Assembly: GCA_963724765.1 (NCBI GenBank)
Contig: CAVRVY010000001.1
Span: 608,001 to 672,000 of the forward strand
Reading direction: 5' to 3'
Origin: an uncultured delta proteobacterium
GTDB lineage: Bacteria; Desulfobacterota; Binatia; Binatales; Binataceae
DNA: 64,000 bases
The position numbers and the translations under genes are program-made. The notes under the pieces are model-generated. The model did not search any database. It saw only the letters and a program-made list of their open reading frames with translations, and was not told where the DNA came from. The stretch's first letter is position 1. Every line of letters starts with the position of its first letter. Of the stretch, positions 1 to 11,445 are shown one piece after another.

Positions 1-1144
1 TAAGCGTTGCGGTCAGCTGCAGCGCGATGTTGGTGCTGGTTACGATATCTTCGTCTTCGCCGTCAAACGTATTCTCTGAGATAACGATTCCGCTCACGCT
101 GCCACCGACCGCCAGCAAGCTGATACCGTCTCCCTGCGATTGCGAAAGGCCCAGGTCCGTGTCCCCGCCGTTGTGTGCGATATAGTTCCCCACGATCACT
201 TCGTCTTGGAGCGTTTCTGTACCGGGCGCGTGGGTATGCATGGCTACGCCGGCTATACCATTCCCGACGAGGTCATTGTTCACGACACTGTTGCCGTAAT
301 TCATCGTCGGTCCTCCCGGAGAGAACAAGCCTACGCCGGCCCCGAATCCATTTGCTGGAGAGGTTCCATTCCCGGAAACCTCGTTTCCGCTAATGGTGTT
401 GTGATAGACCCCAAAAGGGCTGTGCGACGGAACCGTAATGCCGCAATCGAGCACATTATTGATGACGACGTTGCTTCTAATCGAGTTGTCATGGGTCGGA
501 CCACTGTCGTCGCTCACCAGGATTCCACCGGCGTTATTTTCCACTGTGTTGAAGGCGACGACCGAGGAATTGACGTTCGTGAGGTGAATTCCTTCCCCGC
601 AGTCGTCGGCCTCGTTCGTCTCGAAGGGGTAAACAGTCGTCAGGCCGGGACACGCGGGAGTCGTCGGCGACGGTTCGAGACTCTCGTCGTTGTCGAAGAC
701 GTGATTACCCCAAATCGTAACCGACGACGCGCCGTTGATGAGGATACCTTCGAAGTTGGCGTTCTTGAGCGTGAATCCGGTCACGACGACGTTGCTTACA
801 CCAACTGCGGGGGACGTGACTGACGGATTATTGATATAAATACCGTTTGACAGGCCCTTCGCATCGATGATGGTTTTGTCGGGATCCGCGCCGACCAACG
901 ACAGGGACTCGCTGATGGTCACCATTTCTTTGTATGTCCCGGGTTCCACGTTGATCGTGTCACCAGGCGACGCCGCCGACACGGCGCCAGAGATGGTGTT
1001 GTAACAACCAAATTTGCCTCGTGGGTTCACGCACAACGTGGCCGCCTCCGCGGGCTGAAACGCACCGGCGATCAGCAGTGTGCACAGTCCAATCAGGTAC
1101 GGAATCCGACGTGACGACGCGCTCCTCGTTCCTCTCCCTACCAT
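1..1144 (-). CDS. Secreted right-handed parallel beta-helix (pectin lyase-like/NosD-like) protein, runs off the left edge
   Basis: Absent from the ORF track because no stop lies in the window. Manual translation from ATG 1144 (GGAGGG RBS): MVGRGT..LIAGAFQPAEA|ATLCVNP..YNTISGAVSAASPGDTINVEPGTYKE.., later NSVVNNDLVGNGIAGVAMH..VIVGNYIAHNGG. Signal peptide plus PbH1-type repeats. Confidence 0.75.
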   Translation of the reverse strand, partial: MVGRGTRSASSRRIPYLIGLCTLLIAGAFQPAEAATLCVNPRGKFGCYNTISGAVSAASPGDTINVEPGTYKEMVTISESLSLVGADPDKTIIDAKGLSNGIYINNPSVTSPAVGVSNVVVTGFTLKNANFEGILINGASSVTIWGNHVFDNDESLEPSPTTPACPGLTTVYPFETNEADDCGEGIHLTNVNSSVVAFNTVENNAGGILVSDDSGPTHDNSIRSNVVINNVLDCGITVPSHSPFGVYHNTISGNEVSGNGTSPANGFGAGVGLFSPGGPTMNYGNSVVNNDLVGNGIAGVAMHTHAPGTETLQDEVIVGNYIAHNGGDTDLGLSQSQGDGISLLAVGGSVSGIVISENTFDGEDEDIVTSTNIALQLTATL

Positions 1145-1224
1145 ATGGTTCCCTCCAAACCGGATTTTGATCACAACCTTGGAATCCGTAGCTCAAATTA
1201 GCTGCGTAGTGACAGCGCAATAAA

Positions 1225-1975
1225 CTAGAATTTCCATTTTCAACTCGTCACTCCGACACGAGGCGGTTTGTCAAACACAAGTTTGAGTCCGGGGCTGAGT
1301 CCAAAAGGCTTTTTACGCTGCCGCAACGAGCCAGTTCTCCCTCGCGTTGAAATAAGATATCCGAAACTGCCGCTTCTCCGACGATTTTTTTACACTTCTC
1401 CCGATCGCTCTATCTCGTCACCGAGGTCTGTTGCGCACTGCGGGCCACCTATCCCGCCGGCGACAGCAGCGCCGCGATCTTCCGCAGCATGCCGGCAAAC
1501 AGCCTCCGCGTCAGATGGCTTTCCGCCAGCACAGCCAGTAGTAACGAGCATGCTTCACCAACCGGCCGCCGGTCTTCACCAACCGCCGTTGCAGTGCAGG
1601 CTGGTCAGCGACCAGTTGCCGATTGCCTTGGGCAGCGCCAGCCGCCGCCACAAGTTGCCCAGATTATAGGCGAGGACGCTTAGCCACCGCCGCACTTCGT
1701 TGGCGCGGAAGCGATGGCAGGAAAGCCGCGTCAACGCGACCGCCTGCTTGCTCTCTTTTATCCATTGTTCCGCCGTGCCGCGCTAATTGTAAAACCGCAC
1801 CACCGACCGGCATGAAGTCGTAAAATTAGTCACGATGAGGCCGACCCGGGGAAACAACTCGCCCATGTGGAACTCGACCTTGGCTACTACCCGCCGCGGC
1901 CGACTCCAGCTCCCCGCTCGATAGAGAAAGCTCTTGTAGCGGACCAGCGGCTTGCCGGTAGCTCGGGACAAGACA
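1225..1975 (-). mobile_element. IS1380-family remnant (3' part of transposase and right end)
   Basis: KPLVRYKSFLYRAGSWSRPRRVVAKVEFHMGELFPRVG..VVRFYN followed by an in-frame stop. Right end TTGAAAATGGAAAT is shared with the copy ending near 16720. Confidence 0.8.
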
Positions 1976-2432
1976 CCGGCGTTTAACGAAGCGTGCCCTC
2001 CCCCGAGCGCGCCTCGCGGCGCGATAGCGGGAAGGTTACACCGGCGACGGCAGTCCTGCTTCCAGTAGAATCGAGCCCGGATAGGTTCTGCCGTGTTTCC
2101 GCTATCAGCGCCCTCTCAAAGGCGTTCGCTGGCCCTCCTCGACAGGGTGAGCTTGTTTTCCGTGGGCTCTAATTCATTGCCGACTACATCGCCAAAGATT
2201 CGCCGCTGGAAGGGACGGACGCTCGTCCAGCAGATGCCAGGATGGACCTACTAAAATGACGACCGGATAGGTTCCGCGAGATTCTTGCAATTTCCGCCGC
2301 CGGAGACGTTCTCTGGGTCCATGCGCGATCGCAAATCGCGCGCACACGCGCGGATTTCGATCGATTCTCCGAGATGTCCGAAAACTGACGGACTGGATGG
2401 TGGATGACGGAGTCTGATGCGAACTGGTCTCC

Positions 2433-2487
2433 GTCAACCTGTAAACCGGTTGACACTTGAGCGGCGGTTGACAAGCGGTGGTCGACA
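2433..2487. repeat. Clustered GGTTGACA-like repeats (possible recombinase arm sites)
   Basis: CGGTTGACA at 2447 and 2465, TGGTCGACA at 2479, inverted GTCAACC at 2433. Confidence 0.5.
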
Positions 2488-2773
2488 GCTCTCAGCCTAT
2501 AAACAAACTTTGTTTTATTGTGTGCCTAAGCGGCCGAATCTGCTCTTGACGCTTACTGCGATCAGATAGAGGCTGCCGCGCTGGCCGCCGGCTTGAAAAG
2601 AGCGCCGCGCCACAGAGAAGTAGGACATTTTGACTGGCTGGTGAGTCATCAGATCAAGGGTGAATCCTTCGCGTCGATAGCGACACATTCCTGTTACAAG
2701 TTTACTGGAGGCCGGCAGACCGTTCGCAAAGCGGTGGTCGAGCTAGCGAAATACATCGAGCTCAACTTGCGCT

Positions 2774-2807
2774 CGTCAACTTCAGCGAGCGCTCGCTGAA
2801 GTTGACG
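2774..2807. repeat. Perfect 34-bp palindrome
   Basis: CGTCAACTTCAGCGAGC|GCTCGCTGAAGTTGACG, no loop, no mismatch. Confidence 0.95.
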
Positions 2808-2954
2808 TTGGTTTAGTTTCCTCCTCGCGATTCCCGCTTCATGCTGTTGATCACGGCGCAAGCAGCGCCGCGACTAACGCCGCAATCGCTCAGCGCAATC
2901 GTAAATCGGATTGTGCAGCGGTGGTTCAGTGCATGCGAATGAGGGAATGAAAGA

Positions 2955-4297
2955 ATGACAACTACAGAAGCATCGTCCGAGGTCGACGGCGAACAGCAGT
3001 CGACCGTTCAGGGTCTAGACCAGCCTAACGAGAAACCGCCGCTGCAGTTCAGGGACAGGATCAAGGACTTTCGCCGGGTGCGAGCAGGGGATCTAATTCC
3101 TAATCCCCGCAACTGGCGGATACATCCCAAGTCCCAAGCGGACGCGCTGCGCGGGCTGCTCGCCGAACTCGGCTTCGCCGATGCGTTACTGACTAGAGAA
3201 TTACCCGACGGGCGCTTGATGTTGATCGACGGACATCTCCGAAAGGAAAACGTGCCTCCTGATGCGCAGGTGCCGGTGTTGGTACTCGACGTCACTGAAG
3301 AGGAGGCCGACAAAATCCTGCTGACCCTCGATCCGCTCGCCACGATGGCCGAGGCGGACACCGAACGCATCAAAGCGCTGCTTGCGACGGTGCGAACGGA
3401 GAGTGAAGCGGTGCAGGAACTGCTCAAGCGCACAGCCGGCGATCGGCTCTGGGAGATTCTGCATCCGCACGAAATTAAAGAGGTCGAGGTTACCCTCGAG
3501 AGAGCCGACGAGCTCAGGACCAAATGGGGTATTGGAGCTGGCCAAGTGTGGCAAGCTGGCCCGCATCGTATGGGCTGTGGCGACTCTACGGACCAAACCT
3601 TTGTCACGCTCTTGTGGGGCCGGCGTGGGCCGACGTGCCGGCTGGTGTGGACTGACCCACCATACGGTGTCGATTACGCTTCGAAGAACGCTTATTTGAA
3701 CAAGACCGATCGGGGCAACCGAGTTCAGAGGCCGATCGAAAATGACAATCTGACACCAGAACAAACCAGCCAGCTGTTCAAGGCCGCGTTGGGCGTTGCG
3801 ATCCCCCGATGCGAGTCCGGGGCCTCCTGCTACGCCACAGTTCCGTCGGGTCCACTACTTGTCTATTTCATTCACGCCTTTGACGCATCGGGCTTTGAGT
3901 TCAAACACCTGCTGGTGTGGGTCAAACACCAATTTGTTATCGGAATGGCAGACTATCATTATCGGCATGAGCCTATTTTGTATGGTTGGCTCCCGAATGG
4001 TGCTCACTACTTCCGCGACAATCGTTCTCAGAATTCGGTGTTCGAGGTCGATAAGCCGCAGGTGAACGCTCTCCATCCTACCACAAACCGGTAGAGCTCA
4101 TCTCGCGCATGGTCGCAAACAGCAGCAGGCCGGGCGAGCTCATCTACGATCCGTTTGCGGGAAGCGGCTCAACTATCCTCGCCGCGCATCAACTCGGGCG
4201 AATAGGCTACGGCTGCGAGATTGACGCCGGGTACGTGGCGGTCACCCTCGAGCGACTCTCGCTGTTGGGGCTCAAGCCCGAGCGAGTCGACCGATGA
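2955..4297 (+). pseudogene. ParB-like N-terminal domain fused to N4/N6 DNA methyltransferase (prophage type), frameshifted near 4087
   Basis: PNPRNWRIH..LIDGHLR (ParB/Srx), TDPPYG (motif IV), then HPTT-K-PVEL broken by a 1-nt deletion (acc aca aa- ccg gta gag). DPFAGSGST (motif I) lies in ORF 4109-4297. Confidence 0.85.
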
Positions 4298-4950
4298 TGA
4301 AGCGGCAGCCCGACGGCACCTGGCGCAACGCGAGGCGGCCAGTGGTGGTGTCGCCGGCAACTCTGCGCGCGCGATGGGTTGAGTCGGAGGTTGTCCACCT
4401 TAAGCTGATGGGACTTTCATTCGATGCCATCGCCGAGCAGATCGCCCGCGTCGGCCGCGGCCAAGGGCAGGCCATGACGTCGATGCCGGAGGGTGTGACC
4501 TTTCCGCCGGATTACACGATTAGTCGGCAGGCGTGTCAGAAGGCATTCCAGAAAGCCATTGCCCGGGAGCCGGCTCTCGGGGTTGCGGAAATGAGGAAAC
4601 TCGATACCGCGCGGTGCGAAGAGTGTGTCATGAACTTGCAGCCCGGCATTCGCAAAGGTGAGGTGCGATCAACAGAGGCCCTCATCAAGGTGCTCGGACA
4701 CAAGGCTAAGATCAATGGCTATTGGCAATCCAATCCGGAGGTCGTATTGCAAACAGATGCCGGTGGCGAAAAACGTAAGAGCCAAGGCGAAATCGAAACG
4801 GAGGGCGCGAAGTATATCCATCTCTTCACCGATGCTTACCAGATTCTGGCCGACCTAGGTGTGCCAATGCCTCAAACTCGTGAGCGTCCGCAGGTCAATA
4901 CGGGCAGCTCAGTGCCAAGCTTGGATCGGACTGATGACAAAAAAAAGTGA
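4294..4950 (+). CDS. Phage HTH protein, terminase small subunit-like
   Basis: Overlaps the MTase stop. GLSFDAIAEQ HTH and RKLDTAR..GEVRSTEALIKVLGHKAKING resemble TerS-type proteins that follow ParB-MTases in prophages. Confidence 0.5.
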   Translation: MMKRQPDGTWRNARRPVVVSPATLRARWVESEVVHLKLMGLSFDAIAEQIARVGRGQGQAMTSMPEGVTFPPDYTISRQACQKAFQKAIAREPALGVAEMRKLDTARCEECVMNLQPGIRKGEVRSTEALIKVLGHKAKINGYWQSNPEVVLQTDAGGEKRKSQGEIETEGAKYIHLFTDAYQILADLGVPMPQTRERPQVNTGSSVPSLDRTDDKKK

Positions 4951-5736
4951 ACACATAAAAAGGGTTCGTGCCTGTCGCGTTTCGGTCCGAAAAGGCCGGG
5001 TATCTATAATAGGAGAGACAACGACGGGCGAATTTCAGCTGCTCCGGCGATGGTGCAGCCAAGGAGCGCGTTGATCAGCGGTGAGATGATCCTGCTCCAT
5101 GAAGAAACCGCAGAAGACGCCGAAATCGGATCTGTATCTGGCGATTGCTCGTAAACGCACGCCTTGCAGGCAATGAGAAAACCTAAACATGTTGGCTCGT
5201 CGAGTACTGGGATCTTCTTTCCGAGCCAAGAGCCCAAAATTTCTCCGTCCGGCGATCCCTCGGTGCACGTAACGTCCTGAAGCCTCTTTTCGGCGTCTTC
5301 CCATTCGCATGCACGCAATGCGCGGCGATCCCGAATGCACCGTGCGGATCGAAGGGGGGAGGCGAGTGCCATGCGGGAATAGAGTCAAATCCAGGTCCAC
5401 CGTGCCAGTATCAGATGAACCCTCCCAACGGGATGATAAGAATCATGCTGCAACCTTGAACCGGAGACCCGCGAAAAAAGTGGACTGCCGATTCGAGGGC
5501 ATCAGCGTGCACTGTAAAATAGGTCGTAAAGTCGTCGGTGCAGTAATTTTCGGACTTGTAATCGTCGCTTTGCCGATGGCGATCGCAAAGGCAGCCGGAA
5601 GCAATAGTGAGACGCCATCGAATGCCGCCGCCGAGCAATTCGAAGAAGATTCCGATTCGCTGCCTTCCAGATTTACGTCTGCGCCGGTCGAGCCTCAGGT
5701 CCCGCAGGTGCGGTAGCGACCCTAAAGCGCCTCTAG

Positions 5737-7008
5737 CAGGATGCGGAAAAAGGATCGCATTTCTTTTTGATGGCATGTAGAGGAATGGGTAACTGTCGTC
5801 GGAGGAGGATGTGGTGATGCGCGGGACGGACCACGAGCAGAGCGGGATGTTCAGCTACATTTCGGCAGAACGCCGTGTGCCCACGGATCATCCGCTGCGC
5901 GCGATTCGAGTGATGGTCGATGCGGCGCTTAAGGAGTTGGGGCCGCGTTTCGATGCGCTCTACGCCAAGAGCGGGCGGCCGTCGATCCCGCCGGAGAAGC
6001 TGTTGCGCGCGCTTTGCTGCAAGTGCTCTACACGGTGCGCAGCGAGCGCATGCTGATGGAGCAGCTTGATTATAACCTGCTGTTCCGCTGGTTCGTGGGA
6101 CTCAGCATGGACGATGCGGTGTGGGATGTCACGGTGTTCACCAAGAACCGGGAGCGGCTGCTCGCGGGCGAAGTGGCGCAAGGCTTTTTTCAACAAGTGG
6201 TGGCGCAGGCGCAAGCTCAGGATCTGCTCTCGGCTGAGCACTTCACGGTCGATGGAACCCTGATCGAGGCCTGGGCCGGACACAAGAGCTTCAAGCCCAA
6301 GGACCACAAGCAGACTCCGCCGGATGATCCCGGCAATCCGAGCGTCGACTTCCACGGTGAGCGGCGCTCCAACGCAACCCACCAATCGACTACCGACCCG
6401 CAGGCGCGACTGTATAGGAAGGCCAGCGGCCGCGAGGCCAGGCTCTGCTATCTGGGGCATGTGCTGATGGAGAATCGCAACGGTCTGGTGGTGAACACGC
6501 GGTTGACCCAGGCGACTGGCCGCGCCGAACGCGAGGCCGCGCTGGCGATGGTGGAAAAGCTCCCGGGCTTTGGACGGGTGACGCTCGGTGCCGACAAGGG
6601 TTACGACGCCAAAGAGCTTGTGCGCGAGCTGCGCGACCACCGAGTCACGCCGCACGTGGCGCAAAAGCCGGCGACCGCGATCGACCGGCGTACCAGCCGC
6701 CACCCCGGCTACGCGCTGAGCCAGTGGCGGCGCAAGCGGGTCGAAGAAGCCTTCGGTTGGCTCAAGACCGTTGCTTTGTTGCGCAAGACTCGTCATCGCG
6801 GAGTTGCTCGGGTCGGTTGGATGTTCACCTTCGCCGCCGCAGCCTACAACCTGGTGCGGATGCGCACCCTGACCGTGGTCACTACCTGAACAGAGTCACG
6901 AAGCTGCGAGCCCGGACGCACTCGACCCTCACGCGCCTCTCGACCCAGAAGATATCGAGTCGTGGAAACAGAGCAACTCATGACTACTCGGCGTTTTTCC
7001 GCACCCTG
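5737..7008 (+). mobile_element. IS5-family element, full length, CTAG target duplication
   Basis: IRL CAGGATGCGGAAAAA, IRR TTTTTCCGCACCCTG. CTAG at 5733-5736 and 7009-7012. Confidence 0.9.
5817..6889 (+). pseudogene. IS5-family (DUF772 + DDE) transposase, frameshift near 6013
   Basis: MRGTDHEQSGMFSY..GRPSIPPEKLLRA / LQVLYTVRSER..TVDGTLIEA..GADKGYD..RKRVEEAFGW split across two frames. Confidence 0.85.
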
Positions 7009-8091
7009 CTAGTGTTGTGTCCCATTAATAAGTTTACAGATGCGCTGGAGTTTGTTGAATATCGAGTCGGCGGTGGCAGTCCAGACGAAGGGCCGCTTGT
7101 GGGCATTGTAATGAGCCACGTAGGCGTCGATCTTCCCCACCAGTTCCCGGACGTTGCGGAACGAGCCGCGGCGAATCGCTTGCTGGGTGATAAGCGCGAA
7201 CCAGCGCTCGATCTGGTTGAGCCAGCTTGAGTAGGTGGGCGTGAAGTGAAGGTGAAAGCGCGGATGGCTGGCGAGCCACGCTCTGACTTTGGGATGCTTG
7301 TGAGTCGCGTAGTTGTCGGCGATCAGGTGCAGTTCAAGATCGGCCGGCATATTAGCATCGAGATGTTTCAAAAAGCTCAGGAATTCCTGGTGGCGATGGC
7401 GCGGCTTGCACTGGGAGATGACCCCGCCGTCGACGATGTCCAGTGCCGCGAAGAGCGTGGTAGTGCCGTGACGATAGTAATCGTGAGTCACTCCCTCGAC
7501 ATAACCGAGCCCCATTGGCAGCACTGGTTGGGTGCGCTCCAAGGCCTGCACCTGGCTCTTCTCATCCACGCACAATACCAGCGCGTTGTCCGGCGGATTA
7601 AGATAAAGCCCAACGATGTCGCGGACCTTTTCGACGAAGAACGGGTCGGTGGACAGCTTAAAGCTCTTGCTCCGATGTGGTTGCAGGCCGAACAGCGCGA
7701 AGTAGCGCGCGACCGTGCTCTTGGAGATGCCAGTATGCGCCGCCACGCTGCGCACGCTCCAGTGGGTGGCGACGGCGGGCTTGCTGTGCAGTACCTTGCG
7801 CAGCAAGCCCGCTACCTGTTCGTCGCTATGGCTGCGCGGTCGGCCCGGACGAAGTTCCGCGTGCAGCCCGGCGATGCCGCGTTGCTGATAACGCTGGCGC
7901 CACAGACTGACCACCGGAGCACTAACCCCGCAGCGCCTGGCGACCTCTCTGTTGGCGGCGCCAGCGGCCGACAGCAGCACGATCTGTGCGCGCCGCACCA
8001 ACGAATGCGGCAGGCTGCGCGAACGCACGATCGAGCGCAGTTGCGACCGCTCCGACTGAGTAATCATCAAGGCTGCATTCGGCCTGCCCAT
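7009..8091 (-). CDS. IS630-family transposase, intact
   Basis: HTH region, VLCVDEKSQ, HDYYRHGT, IADNYATHKH, PTYSSWLNQIERWF. Start could be 8115. Confidence 0.92.
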   Translation of the reverse strand: MGRPNAALMITQSERSQLRSIVRSRSLPHSLVRRAQIVLLSAAGAANREVARRCGVSAPVVSLWRQRYQQRGIAGLHAELRPGRPRSHSDEQVAGLLRKVLHSKPAVATHWSVRSVAAHTGISKSTVARYFALFGLQPHRSKSFKLSTDPFFVEKVRDIVGLYLNPPDNALVLCVDEKSQVQALERTQPVLPMGLGYVEGVTHDYYRHGTTTLFAALDIVDGGVISQCKPRHRHQEFLSFLKHLDANMPADLELHLIADNYATHKHPKVRAWLASHPRFHLHFTPTYSSWLNQIERWFALITQQAIRRGSFRNVRELVGKIDAYVAHYNAHKRPFVWTATADSIFNKLQRICKLINGTQH

Positions 8092-8163
8092 CCCATTCAA
8101 CCTCCACCGGACCATAGCAGATGGGCCTCACTCCTGTAAAGTTATTTGTGGGACACAATACTA
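7010..8163 (-). mobile_element. IS630-family element
   Basis: IRs TAGTGTTGTGTCCCATTAATAA and TTATTTGTGGGACACAATACTA, with CTAG/TA at both ends. Confidence 0.9.
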
Positions 8164-8261
8164 GAAACGCGCTGCGGAGCGATAACTCTTTGCAGTTCGT
8201 CTCGATGTCGCAAACATTAACCTGATGCTGTCGTCTGACTGTTCACAAATCGGTACCGGCA

Positions 8262-8620
8262 GTTCGAATTCACTTCCCTCCGCCAGCGAGTCTGCGATGT
8301 TGAGCATTCTCCGCAGAACTGCGCGGAAACGCCGCGTGTGCGGCGTTTAGTGGTTTGAAAGTCCACCAGAGATATCTCCACTTTTGAGATTCCGACGCCG
8401 TTCGCCTGGATTCTCCCCATTTCTGGTTTCGGCGGTGGACTTTGGCGTTCTGAGCCAGCCCGCGCGCTCTCCGCCGCCACCTACGGCGGCGAAGCAATCG
8501 GGGTTGCTCGGCGCGGTCCGCTCTTGGTGGCGCCGGGCGGGGCGACTGGGTGGCGGACCATTCCGGCTTACGTAGACGGGCCTCGATCACCCGGTAGCTG
8601 GGTGCTATCTTCACGCCGCG
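8262..8620 (-). mobile_element. Decayed end of a large-serine-recombinase element with tRNA-like 3' end
   Basis: GTTCGAATTCACTTCCCTCCGCCA at 8262-8285 (T-arm + CCA). The adjacent non-coding tract resembles 57570-57754, and there is a degenerate recombinase C-terminus at 8480-8614. Confidence 0.55.
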
Positions 8621-8929
8621 CGTGGTAATGGCAGCTAACCAGGGGCGATCTGTGAGCGATGGGCGCGAACAAGACCTTCCAGCAGAAGGGCGACAGGGGA
8701 CGTTTGCTCGGCGAGTCCGACGAGTTCAAACGCCTCCGTCGCGCGATCGACAAAGCCCATGGTGATCGCGAGCGCGCGATCACGTTCGTCTGCCGCCTCT
8801 ACCACGTCCGCACGCTCGACGCGCTGCCCAGCGCGATCAAAGGCGCCGTACTCGCTTTGCTCGACGAGTAGGACGTGGGCGGCTCCATGATCACGGGCAA
8901 TTGTGCGCCGGCCGATAACTCGCTGCCTC

Positions 8930-9369
8930 GGGATACGCGGCGCACCCCAGAGCGGGTTAGCGCTGTTCATCTGCCGGATCAGATCGCGAACTTCGCGACC
9001 TACTGACGGGCGTCCAGACCTTGACCGCCAGCGCCAATAGAGCCGGAAGCCTTGACGATGCCACTGGACCACGGTGGCCGGCTTCACCAACACCATGATG
9101 TTCAAGCACCGCGGCCAGACCCGGTAGAGCCAGATCCAGAGTATGCGATCGAGCGCGAAGAGCTGGGGGCGGCCAGGACGCTGGCGATGCAGGACTGCCA
9201 GTTGGTGGCGGAGCGCAATGACCTCGAGCTCCAATTCCGCGCGGCTGCGAAACCGGCCAGCGAGCCATGAAAGAAGCTCCGAGCTGAATGCGAGCATGGC
9301 CGTGACACTACGGTCGGACAAGATAAATCGCCAGACTTTTCCATGCTTTCCGAGTTTTCAGTAGGGACA
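8930..9369 (-). mobile_element. 5' remnant of rve/integrase-core transposase element
   Basis: RSRAELELEVIALRHQL..VKPATVVQWHRQGFRLYWRWRS..NPLWGAPRI is homologous to 46958-47992. Terminal TGTCCCTACTGAAAAC. Confidence 0.8.
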
Positions 9370-9942
9370 ACTGAAAATTGGATCGGAACCGTAAATTGAC
9401 CAGTCGGTGAGAATTGCCAACGAATCGAAGAGAAGAAAAAGGGCTTGCGAGCCGAATCACAATTGACCGACCCGGTTCGAGATCGAACACCTTTGATACC
9501 GAGACCTCAAAAATCGGATCAGCGAGCAGCAGGCCGAATTCGGCAGCCGGAAGAAGCGCGAACTCAGCGAGGGCCGCCGCGCCGAACGTGACAAGCGGTG
9601 GGCGCGGAACACCAAGAACTCCGATGAATCCATTTTGCAACCATTCAACTCGATGCCAGACCCGCTCGGCGCGGCGCTGTGTAACCCGATGAAAGACACT
9701 GAACATCAGGGTAGCAGCGCCGCCAATCCGAAATCGGCATTTTTTCGCCTCGCCCGTTGAGCCAGTGAAGGCCGAGCACGAAAAAATGCTTAATAACAAC
9801 CCCGCCCAGTCTCTCACTATGGGCGGTAGATAACATGAGGGCCAGTCCTGGGGGCAGGTGCGAAGTAATTTCGTTCAACAGCTACTCGAGCATCGCCCTG
9901 CCACGTCTCGGAAAATACTTAACAAGAGATATTCACTTTCCT

Positions 9943-10515
9943 CTACCGGCCTGGCGATGGCGCTCCAGGAACCAGATACTCCGGATAGGTGTAATAGGTT
10001 TGGGTATGCCGAGGCGATTTAGCCACAGCCGAGGCAAAGTCCCATTCGAAGGATACGGCACCATCGCTCGACGCTGTTATATTTTTCACTCGATCGGTCG
10101 AGCCAGGTGTGGTGACTGGTCCCACCGGATGTCCCGCTCTTTCACAGGACGGATCGGGCGGTGCATCGGAGGCATACAATGAAGATTCGCCGAGCAAAGA
10201 TGCTTCTTCCAGTTTATCTTTGTCGGTTCCGCTAGCGTATAACCGGTTAAATGTCAGGAGAGCATGTAAACTTGTGCACGCAACCGCGGCATGAATCGTT
10301 CTAGTATTCTGATTGGAATCCCAGAAATAATGAGATGGTTGGGAGTTGGTCGGCCGTGGAACAGAACACCCACCAAGTCCGAGCGCCATGGCAACAATTA
10401 GACACCATGCCGAGATAGTGACATCGTTAGGAAATATCTGATTGATCAGATCTATAAAGCGTACGTTTCCGGGCGCAACTACCACCAATAGGGCGTGGAT
10501 GCTGGAGCGATTCAA
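9943..10515 (-). CDS. Hypothetical, possibly lipoprotein (true start probably internal)
   Basis: Hydrophobic stretch ending LGLGGC followed by a polar domain. No family recognised. Confidence 0.4.
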   Translation of the reverse strand: MNRSSIHALLVVVAPGNVRFIDLINQIFPNDVTISAWCLIVAMALGLGGCSVPRPTNSQPSHYFWDSNQNTRTIHAAVACTSLHALLTFNRLYASGTDKDKLEEASLLGESSLYASDAPPDPSCERAGHPVGPVTTPGSTDRVKNITASSDGAVSFEWDFASAVAKSPRHTQTYYTYPEYLVPGAPSPGR

Positions 10516-10709
10516 GGGTGAGTCGTTCGTAGCGATGATGCAGACGGTTATCGTGCAGCTGGCGCTTCAGATCGTCATACAGAAGAAGTTGCCACTTAGA
10601 CTCGGGCTGGGACTCTTAGTGCCGAATGAAGTCGTGCCTACCCCCATGTTCGAGGCGCAGTTCGAATTCTTGTATCCGCCAAACAGTATTATCATTTAGT
10701 CAGCAGGCT

Positions 10710-11114
10710 CTAATCCGTGCGGACAACGCGGAAGCGGTGCCGATCGATGATCTCTATGAGGCGGTCGGGGTTTATGGGCTTCTTGATATAGGCCGCGACT
10801 CCCTCGAGAGGTAGATCAGATTTGTCATTTCCCGAAACCACGATCACAGGAATATCGCGCAAGACAGGATCTTGGGCGCGCTGCTTTAGGAACTGTTGAC
10901 CATCTAGAATCGGCATGAGGAGGTCAAGCATAACCAGGCACGGGAATCGAGGCGCTGTTTTCAACACCGCGAGCGCTTCTTGACCGTTTTCGGCCTCGAG
11001 AACAGAATAACCTTTTGCGTCAAGAAAGAGTGATATGCTTTCACGAACCCGAGAGTCGTCGTCAACTACGAGAATCGTTTCGACCGGGGTCTCGTTGTCT
11101 TTATCTCCAGACAT
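10710..11114 (-). CDS. Single-domain response regulator (CheY-like receiver)
   Basis: ILVVDDD, MLDLLMPILDG, VIVVSG, YIKKP motifs. Confidence 0.9.
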   Translation of the reverse strand: MSGDKDNETPVETILVVDDDSRVRESISLFLDAKGYSVLEAENGQEALAVLKTAPRFPCLVMLDLLMPILDGQQFLKQRAQDPVLRDIPVIVVSGNDKSDLPLEGVAAYIKKPINPDRLIEIIDRHRFRVVRTD

Positions 11115-11445
11115 GGTTGGAGGTCTCCAATCTTCTCTTCTAAAAGACATGCAAGAACCAAACCGCTATGGTAGAAGCGCGAAAATGAGCGTAAGCACGC
11201 CGGCGACAGTATGGCGCAACTCGCAAGCGAAGTCAGATGTAATGTTTTCTTCACCTTTGGAATTTCGATGGACATGGCTGCGCGACCAAAAGATTGCTGA
11301 GCGTTCAATAAGTTCGCCTAGCCAGAGGATCGCGCAGCCTCTATCTAGCCGGAGTCCTTTTCAGCAGACAAGTCGCACATTGCAATTCATTCCATTTTAC
11401 GAACCGTGCACTGAAGAGAGATGATTGGCGTTCGGAGTACTACCT

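Noticed and set aside
140-823. 227-aa plus-strand ORF
   Set aside because: Antisense shadow of the beta-helix gene on the minus strand.
5004-5730. Several overlapping 120-135 aa ORFs
   Set aside because: No recognisable motifs or convincing RBS, so no real frame can be chosen.
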